Positions 40,031-49,265 of a DNA stretch of 64,000 nt are shown here, one piece after another. Source of the stretch: Candidatus Woesearchaeota archaeon (GTDB lineage: Archaea; Nanobdellota; Nanobdellia; Woesearchaeales; JAZDKJ01). The number at the start of each line of letters is the position of its first letter. Position 1 is the first letter of the stretch. The stretch spans positions 64,001 through 128,000 of the forward strand of contig JAZDKJ010000005.1 of assembly GCA_043803105.1 (NCBI GenBank). The letters run 5' to 3'. Below the pieces are notes generated by a model. It saw only the letters and a program-made list of their open reading frames with translations. It did no database searches and had not been told where the DNA came from. The translations under genes were made by a program, and so were the position numbers.

Positions 40031-40689
40031 TCCTTCGCATCAATTCGGACGGGCTTTCCCATTGTGAACTTGAGATAAACGCTTCTTACATTGTTCTTCT
40101 CATTTGGCAAGAGATGAACCAGACCGTTATAGACTGTCATGATGTTGTCAGCAACCTCTGCATCAGGCATTGACTGGCTGCCAACCCTGACTTGAATGAC
40201 AGGTTGGGTTTTCGCTTTCAATGGAAGGGTTGTCTGCAATTTATCATAGAGCTGTTTTAGGTTTGCCTGGGGCGGGACAACGCAACCAAGCTTTGGATTC
40301 GGCATCTTGCTTCTTGGGCCAAGAACCTTACCAAACTGCAAAGCAACCTTTGGCATTATGTTAGCCTGGGCAATAAAAAAGTCGAATTCTTTTGCCAGTT
40401 TCTTGATTGTCTTCTTTTCCTTGTACTGCTCAGCAGCCTCTTCTAGGGTGATTGCCTTGTCACAGACAGAACGGGCCTGCTGAAGCAGTTCAGCTGCGAC
40501 AAATGCGGCAATCTTTCGCTTCTTTCCGGTGCTGTAATGCAAGGTAACAAAAGAATCAATCTGCTGGTCAGGCTTCTTCAAGTCAAGATTCTTAAGATTG
40601 ATAATAAGATCATAAGACTGAGTAAAGTTCCTTTTCTCTTCGACAGATTTCAACTGTGCCAGAAATTTCAGTACGCTTGCTTGATCCAT
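40027..40689 (-). CDS. rpl1: 50S ribosomal protein uL1
   Basis: RNFTQSYDL; LGPRSKMP; KFTMGKP. Confidence 0.96.
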   Translation of the reverse strand: MDQASVLKFLAQLKSVEEKRNFTQSYDLIINLKNLDLKKPDQQIDSFVTLHYSTGKKRKIAAFVAAELLQQARSVCDKAITLEEAAEQYKEKKTIKKLAKEFDFFIAQANIMPKVALQFGKVLGPRSKMPNPKLGCVVPPQANLKQLYDKLQTTLPLKAKTQPVIQVRVGSQSMPDAEVADNIMTVYNGLVHLLPNEKNNVRSVYLKFTMGKPVRIDAKE

Positions 40690-40790
40690 TCTACCCTCCT
40701 ATTGCATCAAGGCAATAGTCTACGGGATTACTTTGTTCCAAGAAAACTAGAAGCGATTTATAAAGTTAATGGTTTTTTGGTGTAGAATGC

Positions 40791-40979
40791 CTAAATGACT
40801 TTGTCCGCTGGGAGGTTAGGTTCCTGCGGGATTTCCTGCTGTTGAAGTAAAGTTAGCTCATCCTTGAGCTTGTTAAGATAGGGAACCTTGTTAACATTAA
40901 GCTGGTTTTTTGTCTGGTCCCATTCCATGACACGAATCTGACGCCTTAAATCCTCAAGCCTTTCTTGCATAGCTAACAC
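40791..40979 (-). CDS. Small hypothetical protein
   Basis: 62 aa coiled-coil-like ORF. Confidence 0.45.
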   Translation of the reverse strand: MLAMQERLEDLRRQIRVMEWDQTKNQLNVNKVPYLNKLKDELTLLQQQEIPQEPNLPADKVI

Positions 40980-41064
40980 CCCTGCAGAAAGAAAAGAGTC
41001 TTCTGCAATATAAAAATGTATCTACAAAAAAAGATTTATAAGCTCATGAAGTCTTCTCAAGTTC

Positions 41065-41961
41065 ATGGAGAAGAAACTAGTGGGAGGGCAGGCAGTCATC
41101 GAGGGAGTGATGATGCGCTGCGAGAACAAAGTTGCGACTGCTGTGAGAAAAGGGAACTCTATAAAGGTGAAAAAAGAAAAAATCAGCTCAATTTCTGATA
41201 AGTACAGGATTCTCAAATGGCCATTTGTTCGAGGCATTGTGAACCTGATAGAGCTCCTTATTATTGGAATAAAGACGCTTGAGTACTCTGCACAAGAGGC
41301 AAGCGGAAAAAAGGAGCAGATAAGCAAGACAGCGATGGCACTCACAATAGTTATAGCGCTGGTGTTTGGCATAGTGATTTTCGTATTGATACCATACATT
41401 CTGACCACAGTACTAGGCTTCAAGGAGCAGAGCATGCCACTGGGATTCAACCTTGTTGACGGGTTATTCAGGCTTGCGATGCTTGTAGGTTATGTAATCT
41501 TGATAGGATCGTTCAAAGACATCCGGAGGGTGTTTGAGTACCATGGGGCAGAGCACAAAGCTGTTGCGTGCTTTGAGCACGGGAAAACCTTGAATGTAAA
41601 AAATTGCAGGAAATACTCTACAAAGCATACGCGATGCGGCACCTCATTCCTCATGTTTGTCATTTTAGTTGGAATAGTTCTGTTCTCTTTTGTTCCTTTA
41701 GCTGTCTCTTCTGTTTCGCCAGGAATAATGAGCAGCCATGGCTTCTTGAGGTATGCAACGCTGTTCTTGTCGCGAATACTGATCCTGCCAATAATATCAG
41801 GAATAGCTTACGAGATACTCAGGATAAGCGCAAGATACGAAGACAGCAAATTGGTCAAGCCTATTTTGCTGCCTGGTTTGTACGTGCAAAAACTCACGAC
41901 AAGAGAGCCGGATGATAAACAAGTTGAGGTTGCAATCAAGGCACTAAAGGCAGTAATTTAG
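41065..41961 (+). CDS. DUF1385 family membrane protein
   Basis: GGQAVIEGVMMR; YHGAEHK; RCGTSF; TTREP. Confidence 0.92.
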   Translation: MEKKLVGGQAVIEGVMMRCENKVATAVRKGNSIKVKKEKISSISDKYRILKWPFVRGIVNLIELLIIGIKTLEYSAQEASGKKEQISKTAMALTIVIALVFGIVIFVLIPYILTTVLGFKEQSMPLGFNLVDGLFRLAMLVGYVILIGSFKDIRRVFEYHGAEHKAVACFEHGKTLNVKNCRKYSTKHTRCGTSFLMFVILVGIVLFSFVPLAVSSVSPGIMSSHGFLRYATLFLSRILILPIISGIAYEILRISARYEDSKLVKPILLPGLYVQKLTTREPDDKQVEVAIKALKAVI

Positions 41962-42587
41962 CTGCACTTCTTCACAGTATATATCGAGCCAGAACGTGTA
42001 TCCACAATGTGCTCGTTAGAATATTGGGTTGAATTCAAGGCTGGGAGAAGGAATTGCACTCTAAGCAGATAGACCTTGTTTCTCTGGAGCATGAAATCCG
42101 CCTGGCCAAGCTTGTCAGAGATGACAAAGTAAATGAAACCAGTACCAAGGTTATGGGAAATGTCAACATCATTGTAATCCGAATCTGACTTGACCTGGAC
42201 TGTCACGTTGCTTGCAATGGTGCCAAGCCTGAAGAAGATAACACCGCCGTTAACACCGTACACGCAGGCAGGGTTCACTGTAACACTCTGAATATAAGAA
42301 CCATTCTCGTTCGTGAGAACTGGGGTTAGGTTTGTTGTGAGCACAGGGAAACACCGGTCAACATCCTCAACAACCATGCCATTGGGGCAGACATACTTTG
42401 TATAGGTATTGTTCTGCACAATAGTTATCTTAGGACAGGAATTGATGTCTTGGACGGGGCATTTCTCGCATACCGGACATTCTTTGCATGAAGTATTCTG
42501 AATCTGCTGCAGGGGACATGTAATGGGTGCAGCGCAACCAAGCAGCAAGAGAATAAAGACAGCACCAGCAGCCAAAATCTTATACAT
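41958..42587 (-). CDS. Cys-rich lipoprotein-like hypothetical protein
   Basis: Lipobox LLLGC; CPxC repeats. Confidence 0.6.
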   Translation of the reverse strand: MYKILAAGAVFILLLLGCAAPITCPLQQIQNTSCKECPVCEKCPVQDINSCPKITIVQNNTYTKYVCPNGMVVEDVDRCFPVLTTNLTPVLTNENGSYIQSVTVNPACVYGVNGGVIFFRLGTIASNVTVQVKSDSDYNDVDISHNLGTGFIYFVISDKLGQADFMLQRNKVYLLRVQFLLPALNSTQYSNEHIVDTRSGSIYTVKKCS

Positions 42588-42728
42588 ATTAACTGCTGTG
42601 GGTTGACCGAATATATATATTTATTCCAAAAGAAGAATAAAATTTGACTTTAATATTCTTAAAAGAATAATATTGTCACAAAGATATTTAAAGGGACTGG
42701 AAAAGATGCAAGGCAAGGAGGGATAGAA

Positions 42729-43883
42729 ATGGGAAAATATTATTTTACATCTGAATCAGTAACAGAAGGGCACCCTGACAAGATATGCGACCAGATTTCT
42801 GACGCAGTGCTAGACGAACTCTTCAAGCAAGACCCTTATTCAAGGGTTGCGGTTGAGTGCCTTACAACCACAGGAACAGTGCACGTGGCAGGAGAGGTGA
42901 CAACAAAGGGCTATGCTGACGTGCAGAAGATTGCAAGGCAAACGCTTCACGACATTGGCTATTGCGACCCAAGGTTTGGCATAGACTGCGAGGACGCAGG
43001 GGTATGGGTCTCGATACATTCACAGAGCGCTGATATCTCCAAAGGCGTAACTGAGCAAGGAAGCCACGAGCAGGGAGCAGGAGACCAGGGAATGATGTTC
43101 GGGTTTGCATGCAATGAGACAAAAGAGCTGATGCCTCTGCCGATAATGCTCGCGCATAAGCTTTGCATGAAGCTTTCGGAGGTCAGGAAAAAGTCCATAA
43201 TAAAAGACATAGGGCCTGACGGGAAATCCCAAGTGACTGTGGAATACCAGGACGGAAAACCAAAGAGAATTGACGCTGTAGTGATAGCCCAACAGCACAC
43301 TGAGGAATGCTCAGAAGAAAAACTCAGGGCTGAAATAATAGAGAAGGTGATAAAACCGGTCTGCGGCCAATACCTAGACAAAGACACAAAGTTGTTCATA
43401 AACGCCACGGGAAGGTTTGTCATCGGAGGTCCTGAAGGAGACACTGGCGTTACTGGTAGGAAGATAATCGTTGACACATACGGAGGGATGGGAAGGCATG
43501 GCGGGGGCTGCTTCTCAGGAAAAGACCCTACAAAGGTGGACAGGTCAGCTGCTTACGCATGCAGGTATATAGCAAAAAACATAGTGGCAGCTGGACTCGC
43601 TGACAGATGTGAAGTACAGCTAGCTTATGCAATAGGCGTAGCAGAACCGATGAACATCTTTGTTGAGACTTTTGGCACAGGAAAAATACCTGAAGAGAAA
43701 ATCTCAGAGCTTGTGCGAAAACACTTCCCAGTAAAACCAAAGGACATACTGGACCAGCTGAATCTACGAAGGCCAATCTACAAGAAGACAGCAGCGTACG
43801 GGCACTTTGGAAGGGAAGATCCTGACTTTACCTGGGAGCGTGTTGATAAAGCCGAGATATTACGCAAAGAGGCTGGACTTTAA
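42729..43883 (+). CDS. metK: S-adenosylmethionine synthetase (bacterial/eukaryotic-type MAT)
   Basis: [13 protein letters not shown]; GAGDQG; GGGCFSGKD; YGHFGR. Confidence 0.98.
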   Translation: MGKYYFTSESVTEGHPDKICDQISDAVLDELFKQDPYSRVAVECLTTTGTVHVAGEVTTKGYADVQKIARQTLHDIGYCDPRFGIDCEDAGVWVSIHSQSADISKGVTEQGSHEQGAGDQGMMFGFACNETKELMPLPIMLAHKLCMKLSEVRKKSIIKDIGPDGKSQVTVEYQDGKPKRIDAVVIAQQHTEECSEEKLRAEIIEKVIKPVCGQYLDKDTKLFINATGRFVIGGPEGDTGVTGRKIIVDTYGGMGRHGGGCFSGKDPTKVDRSAAYACRYIAKNIVAAGLADRCEVQLAYAIGVAEPMNIFVETFGTGKIPEEKISELVRKHFPVKPKDILDQLNLRRPIYKKTAAYGHFGREDPDFTWERVDKAEILRKEAGL

Positions 43884-44037
43884 GAAAAGTTCCGTCTTGA
43901 AATTTATTTTTTTGTTTTATTTTTAATGAAAAGCAGGGCAGAATAGACGAGATTTCTATCGTAACATTTAGCAAAAGTGTGGCTACAAAAGTGCTACAAA
44001 ATTCATGATTTCTGCAAGACCTAATTGAAAACTTTAT

Positions 44038-44057
44038 ATATCAATGCCTGTTGATAT
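44038..44057. promoter_or_regulatory. Putative ArsR operator
   Basis: ATATCAA-N6-TTGATAT directly upstream of arsR. Confidence 0.6.
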
Positions 44058-44063
44058 GTTTAA

Positions 44064-44351
44064 ATGCCAGACAAAAATAGATTGCTGCTATTCAAAGCAC
44101 TAGGCGAAGAAACGAAGTATAGGATTATTGAGCTTCTCCTAAAAAAAGGAGGATGCACTTGTGAGACAGGAGAGTATTGCGCCTGTGAAATTCCTTCTAT
44201 TATCAAGAGAACACAATCTAACACATCTATGCATCTTGCGAAGCTGCAAGAATGGGGGATAGTAAACTCAAGAAGAGAAGGCAAGAAAATACTTTACTCA
44301 ATTAAGGATAAGCGAGTATATGAAATTTTCAAGATATTGAATGACAAATAA
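44064..44351 (+). CDS. arsR: ArsR/SmtB family regulator
   Basis: FKALG; CACE; TQSNTSMHL; RREGK..LY. Confidence 0.9.
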   Translation: MPDKNRLLLFKALGEETKYRIIELLLKKGGCTCETGEYCACEIPSIIKRTQSNTSMHLAKLQEWGIVNSRREGKKILYSIKDKRVYEIFKILNDK

Positions 44352-44364
44352 ATAAGGGGGCAAA

Positions 44365-45108
44365 ATGAAACATGAGGATATAAAGAAAGCAGTGAGAAAA
44401 AGCTATTCAAAGATAGCCGATACAGGTTGCGGTTGCTCTTGCGGATGCAATAATATGGATAATGAGCAAATTGCCAAGAGTTTAGGTTACTCTGAGCAAG
44501 ATATTAAGGCAGTGCCAGAAGCAAATCTTGGACTTGGTTGTGGTAATCCTACTGCTTTAGGGGAGATAAAAGAAGGGATGGTAGTTCTTGATTTAGGCTC
44601 AGGGGCAGGGTTTGATTGCTTTCTTGCGGCAAAAAAAGTTGGAAAGAAGGGCAAAGTTATAGGTGTGGACATGACTGAAAAGATGATTAAGAAAGCAAGA
44701 GAAAATGCAAAAAAATATGGTCTTAACAATGTTGAATTCAGGTTAGGAGACATTGAGGAATTGCCCGTAGATGATAACTCCATTGATATTATCATCAGCA
44801 ATTGCGTCATTAATCTCTCACCTGACAAAGCCAAAGTTTTTGGTGAAGCATTCAGAGTGTTACGGAAAGGCGGAAAACTACTTGTTTCAGATATGGTTTT
44901 ATTGAAAGAACTTTCTGAAATGGATAAGAACGATGAAAAATTAATTACTAGGTGTGTTGGCGTGGCTATACTGAAGAATCAATATCTAAAACTGATTAAG
45001 GATGCTGGATTAAATGTCAAGATTCTCTCGGAAGATAAGGAGATAAGCGATAGGCAGTACAGTGGATTGCCTGTTGAAAGCCTAAAATTAACCGCATATA
45101 AGAAATGA
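44365..45108 (+). CDS. arsM: Arsenite methyltransferase
   Basis: GLGCGNP; [12 protein letters not shown]; ISNCVINL. Confidence 0.92.
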   Translation: MKHEDIKKAVRKSYSKIADTGCGCSCGCNNMDNEQIAKSLGYSEQDIKAVPEANLGLGCGNPTALGEIKEGMVVLDLGSGAGFDCFLAAKKVGKKGKVIGVDMTEKMIKKARENAKKYGLNNVEFRLGDIEELPVDDNSIDIIISNCVINLSPDKAKVFGEAFRVLRKGGKLLVSDMVLLKELSEMDKNDEKLITRCVGVAILKNQYLKLIKDAGLNVKILSEDKEISDRQYSGLPVESLKLTAYKK

Positions 45109-45119
45109 GGGATACGACC

Positions 45120-45350
45120 ATGAAAATTGAAATACTTGGAACAGGTTGTCCGAAGTGCAAGATGCTTGAAGCCAATGCAAAAAAGGCTGTTGAAGAATTG
45201 AGAATCAAGGCAGAGATTGTCAAAGTAACAGAAATAGACAAGATAGTAGACTATGGTGTTATGTCTACACCAGCACTGGTAGTTGATGGCAAAGTGAAGT
45301 CGTATGGCAAAATAGCTAATGTTGAAGAGATCAAGAAATTCTTAAGATGA
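45120..45350 (+). CDS. Small thioredoxin-like redox-active disulfide protein (ArsE-like)
   Basis: LGTGCPKC; YGVMSTPALVVDG. Confidence 0.9.
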   Translation: MKIEILGTGCPKCKMLEANAKKAVEELRIKAEIVKVTEIDKIVDYGVMSTPALVVDGKVKSYGKIANVEEIKKFLR

Positions 45351-45361
45351 GACAAAAATAA

Positions 45362-46429
45362 ATGATAGTTACAGATTTATTCATAGCGGGCATAAAGGCA
45401 GTAATTGAGTATGTTGCAGCTCATGTTCTAACTTGCCTTGTCCCTGCCTTCTTTATTGCTGGAGCTATGTCAGCCCTGCTTCCAAAAGAAAAAATCACCC
45501 AATACCTTGGTCAAAAAGTTTCAAAGCTTAAGGCATACCCCCTGTCAGTTGTCGCAGGTTTGTTACTGGCAGTCTGTTCCTGCACAATCTTACCCTTATT
45601 TGCAGGTATAAAGAAGAAAGGCGCAGGGATAGGTCCTGCTTTAGCATTCTTGTATACGGCTCCTGCTACAAATATAATGGCTATTCTCTTTACTGGAAGC
45701 GTTTTAGGATGGAACTTTGCTCTCGCCAGAATAATCTTATCTGTCACTTTTGCAATAGTTATCGGCATAATAATATCTACAATATTCAAGAAAGAAGATT
45801 TGGAGGAAGAGAAAAAGGCAACTCCTGCTCTTGTTAGCGCTAAGGTGCAGGATAGCAAAGATATGCCATTCTTCCAGAAGCACAGGCTAATATTCTTTTT
45901 CATTACACTTGTATCAATACTCATTGTAGGAACGAGAGTGAATGGGTATTTAAGGTACGTAATCATAGCTGGCTTAATTGTTATTTTAACACTCTTGACC
46001 AAATTGCTTTTCTCAAAAGAAGAAACCAAATCATGGCTTTTTGAAACTTGGACATTCACAAAGAAGATTTTTCCACTTCTTTTAGGAGGCATCTTCTTAG
46101 CAGGTGTCTTAACAGCACTCCTACCTCAAAACTTCCTAGCTACCTTCATGGGCAAAAATACTCTGTTTGCCAATCTTATTGCCGTATTATTTGGCGTATT
46201 TATGTATTTCCCGACCTTGGTAGAAGTTCCAATGGCAAAAATGTTCTTAGGACTTGGCATGGCAAAAGGACCACTATTTGCCTATCTGCTTGCAGACCCA
46301 GTAATCTCACTTGCAAGCATTCTTGTGGTAAGAAAATTCATAGGGACCAAAAGAACCCTAGTTTATGTGGGCTTAATCATAGTGTTCACAACAATCTCAG
46401 GATTGATATACGGAGCGATAGTAGGGTGA
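45362..46429 (+). CDS. DUF318/ArsP family permease
   Basis: HVLTCLVPAFFIAG; AVCSCTILPLFAG; YFPTLVEVP. Confidence 0.88.
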   Translation: MIVTDLFIAGIKAVIEYVAAHVLTCLVPAFFIAGAMSALLPKEKITQYLGQKVSKLKAYPLSVVAGLLLAVCSCTILPLFAGIKKKGAGIGPALAFLYTAPATNIMAILFTGSVLGWNFALARIILSVTFAIVIGIIISTIFKKEDLEEEKKATPALVSAKVQDSKDMPFFQKHRLIFFFITLVSILIVGTRVNGYLRYVIIAGLIVILTLLTKLLFSKEETKSWLFETWTFTKKIFPLLLGGIFLAGVLTALLPQNFLATFMGKNTLFANLIAVLFGVFMYFPTLVEVPMAKMFLGLGMAKGPLFAYLLADPVISLASILVVRKFIGTKRTLVYVGLIIVFTTISGLIYGAIVG

Positions 46430-46440
46430 TAGGTGGAAAA

Positions 46441-46902
46441 ATGAAAGCAACGATAATAATCATGGCTCTAATAGCTCTATTTTTGCAGGGATGTGCTGAC
46501 ACAAACCAGAATTCTTCAATCACAGAAGATTTGTTAAGTAATCAGAGTGCCAAGGCATCAGTAGAAAAGATTGAAGTTTTCCATTTTCACGGAACGAACC
46601 AATGCTATTCATGCAAAACAGTAGGAGCATATGCAAATGAGACAGTATACACATATTATGCTGCCGAGATTCAGTCAGGCAAGATTGTGTTCAATTCCGT
46701 TAATTACGACCTGATAGATAATAAAGTAACAGCCATGAAATATGGCGTTAGTGGTTCATCACTGTGGATAGGAGTATATGACAGCCAAGGATTCCATCCT
46801 GAACAGAACACCAATGTATGGTATAAGATTAATGACAAGCAAGATTTTATGACTTACCTTAAAAGGATCATTGATAGAAGACTGGCAGGAGATTTTAGCT
46901 AG
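46441..46902 (+). CDS. ArsF-like thioredoxin-fold lipoprotein
   Basis: Lipobox LQGC; VFHFHGTNQCYSC; YGVSGSSL. Confidence 0.7.
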   Translation: MKATIIIMALIALFLQGCADTNQNSSITEDLLSNQSAKASVEKIEVFHFHGTNQCYSCKTVGAYANETVYTYYAAEIQSGKIVFNSVNYDLIDNKVTAMKYGVSGSSLWIGVYDSQGFHPEQNTNVWYKINDKQDFMTYLKRIIDRRLAGDFS

Positions 46903-46903
46903 A

Positions 46904-47614
46904 ATGGGATTGATGGCTTTTATGGAGGCTATGGGGAGCAGTAGTATACCACTGATTGCTGCTTTCTTTATCGGGTTGATGACCGCCATAGCTCCTTGCC
47001 CTCTAACCACAAATATCACAGCCATTGCCTACATCTCAAAGAAGATAGGAGATAGCAAACGAACTCTGCTAATTGGATTGATATACACTCTAGGAAGGGC
47101 ACTTACTTATGTAGCTATTGCTTCAGTAATCGTTTGGTTAGGGTTAAATATTCAAGCAATTGCTCTCCCATTGCAGAAATACAGCAATATACTTCTTGGA
47201 CCATTGCTTATAATAATCGGAATAGTCCTGCTTGAACTAGTAAAGCTTGATTTTATCAAAGGATTTTCTGGAATCAATAAACTTGAGGAACAGGTTTCTA
47301 AACAACGGTATTTTGGAAGCTTTCTCCTTGGAGTGATATTTGCTTTAGCATTCTGCCCATTCAGCGCTGTTCTGTTCTTTGGTATGCTTATCCCTCTCGC
47401 TTTAAAAGCAGGAGATGGGATAGTTATCCCATCGGTTTTTGCGTTAGCAACAGGCCTACCTGTGATTATTTTTTCTTTCATCTTGGTGCACAGCGTAACA
47501 AAACTGGCAAAGGTGATGAACAAGGTTAGGATAGTTGACAGATGGGTAAGGAATGTTGCAGGGGTTGTTTTTATCGGAGCAGGAATTTACTACTCAGTGT
47601 CTGTTTTCTTGTGA
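46904..47614 (+). CDS. ArsG-like (CcdA/DsbD family) membrane protein
   Basis: GLMTAIAPCPLTTNITA; ALAFCPFS; ATGLPV. Confidence 0.8.
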   Translation: MGLMAFMEAMGSSSIPLIAAFFIGLMTAIAPCPLTTNITAIAYISKKIGDSKRTLLIGLIYTLGRALTYVAIASVIVWLGLNIQAIALPLQKYSNILLGPLLIIIGIVLLELVKLDFIKGFSGINKLEEQVSKQRYFGSFLLGVIFALAFCPFSAVLFFGMLIPLALKAGDGIVIPSVFALATGLPVIIFSFILVHSVTKLAKVMNKVRIVDRWVRNVAGVVFIGAGIYYSVSVFL

Positions 47615-47616
47615 AA

Positions 47617-47650
47617 AAACTCCGCTCTTCCCGATATATGCCCCGAAAAG
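47617..47650 (+). repeat. Type B site (B1)
   Basis: AAACTCCGCTCTTCCCGA-TATATGCCCCGAAAAG, 2 nt after the arsG-like stop. Confidence 0.85.
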
Positions 47651-47689
47651 TATTTATATTCCTTTTCGTCTATGTTTCTCGACGAGAAG

Positions 47690-47765
47690 AAACTCGACTC
47701 ATCCCGACTTTGCCTGGGAGAAGATTGACAAAGCAGAAGTGCTGAGAAAAGAAGCAGGACTTTAG
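47690..47765 (+). repeat. metK 3'-end copy A1
   Basis: AAACTCGACTC then HPDFAWEKIDKAEVLRKEAGL* (metK ends [21 protein letters not shown]). Confidence 0.95.
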
Positions 47766-47860
47766 TCATTTATTATGACGTGAAGGTTATTTTTTTATTT
47801 TCTTCTTTCGGTTTATAGAAGTGATTTCTCTTTTAATTATGTGTAAACCCTCCTTTAAAA

Positions 47861-48673
47861 TCAAACCATTTCTTCCTTGCACGCAACTAAGTAACTTCTT
47901 ACCAAATCCAAATCAAGGCAGTCATCTGTTCTAACTCCGCTTTCAACATCGATACTTACCCTATTTGGAAAAAACGGTAATAAGGACCTAATTAATGGTC
48001 TGACATTGGATGGTTTTATCCCTCCAGCATAAACCAATCCTAAGTGGTTTAAACCACTATTTGCAATAATACTCTTTCCGAATTTTACTGCCAAACAGCC
48101 CTCATCAAGATTCAGGTCTAAATTAGTCCCGTGGCTAGGGTCAAACATTGCATAATCAATAACACCTCTTCTATCAATAACTTGGCCAACTAACGGTTCT
48201 ACTTGTCCAGTTGATACGTCTTCAACTTTATCTCCTTTCCAAACCGCATATCCTTCTTGAGGAGACTGTTTGTTTGATACTGCCACTTTGAAAATCACTG
48301 TGAAACCCATTTCCTTAATCTTGCTCAGAACATCTAGTGATGCAGGCAATGTGTTAAGCTGGAGTAATGTAACTGAAGGAGTTACTCCTAACCTAACAAT
48401 CGTTTCCAAATCTCCAATTATCGTTTCATTATTTTTTGTATAATAATGCACCGCAGTAATGAATCCATAACCTCTTGTTAGTCTGTCTAGATACCCTAAA
48501 TCTGCAAACTTTGGCTGTCTTGTGTTTTGGCTCCCTTGGTTTATGCTCTTATTAGAGACTTGGTAACCAATAGCCAACGGAAGCGTAAAATCTACCTCAT
48601 GGCAAATTCCAGCTATTCCGCCGAGCTGATCGCTGTTAGAAATAGCACTTACTGAGATATAATTTACTGGCAT
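47861..48673 (-). CDS. TIM-barrel protein, phosphoribosylanthranilate-isomerase-like fold
   Basis: FDPSHGT; YAGGIKPSNV; IDVESGVR. Confidence 0.6.
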   Translation of the reverse strand: MPVNYISVSAISNSDQLGGIAGICHEVDFTLPLAIGYQVSNKSINQGSQNTRQPKFADLGYLDRLTRGYGFITAVHYYTKNNETIIGDLETIVRLGVTPSVTLLQLNTLPASLDVLSKIKEMGFTVIFKVAVSNKQSPQEGYAVWKGDKVEDVSTGQVEPLVGQVIDRRGVIDYAMFDPSHGTNLDLNLDEGCLAVKFGKSIIANSGLNHLGLVYAGGIKPSNVRPLIRSLLPFFPNRVSIDVESGVRTDDCLDLDLVRSYLVACKEEMV

Positions 48674-48823
48674 AAAACAATGAATATTCTATCCCTTTTA
48701 AACGTTTATATTGCAGAGAGATACTTAGCTATTCCTAATGCATATCAAATGGTTTTACCGAATTTATGGAAAGTACTCTTTGTAAAAGGTCAGTATCAGC
48801 AGATTTAAAATCTTATATGTCAC

Positions 48824-48856
48824 AATCTCAGCTCATCCTGACCAATGCCACAAAAG
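48824..48856 (+). repeat. Type B site (B2)
   Basis: AATCTCAGCTCATCCTGA-CCAATGCCACAAAAG. Confidence 0.75.
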
Positions 48857-48898
48857 GTATTTATACTTCTGGTTCGTCTACATTTATAGACGGAAAGA

Positions 48899-48974
48899 GA
48901 AATCCGCCCACTCTCCCGTTACCTGGGAGAAGACTGACAAAGCAGAAGTGCTGAGAAAGGAAGCAGGCTTATAG
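48899..48974 (+). repeat. metK 3'-end copy A2
   Basis: Encodes TWEKTDKAEVLRKEAGL*. Confidence 0.93.
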
Positions 48975-49046
48975 AAAAATATCAGGACGACAATGACATT
49001 TTTTTATTATTTTTTTTTGTTGAAAAGTCGGGATTATAGTCGAGAT

Positions 49047-49098
49047 GCTCAGAAATTATAAATTTCTGGCACGCTAAAAATCATAGATTTTTGAGCGT
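49047..49098. mobile_element. 52-bp double-hairpin (REP/MITE-like) insertion
   Basis: Interrupts CGAGAT|TTCTATCGT, which is intact at 43948-43962; hairpins CAGAAATT/AATTTCTG and AAAAATC/GATTTTT. Confidence 0.65.
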
Positions 49099-49265
49099 TT
49101 CTATCGTACTAAAAAGCAAGAATGTGGCTACATTGGTGCTACAATACATAAGAAAAAAGACCACTCTTTGCATTAATGATCAAAATATTGTTTATTGATC
49201 AATATATTGCTTCAAGCTGGCCATCACTCAGAAAATCTTATAAATATGCTGAATATAAAACCTAT

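Noticed and set aside
42768-42795. Type B sites as copies of the metK N-terminal GHPDKICD segment
   Set aside because: Similarity is limited to HPD and a nearby TGC; flanks and spacing do not match.
47553-47765. ORFs 47553-47765, 47542-47745 and 48766-48954 as genes
   Set aside because: They are read-throughs of the repeat units (metK tail in or out of frame) without credible starts.
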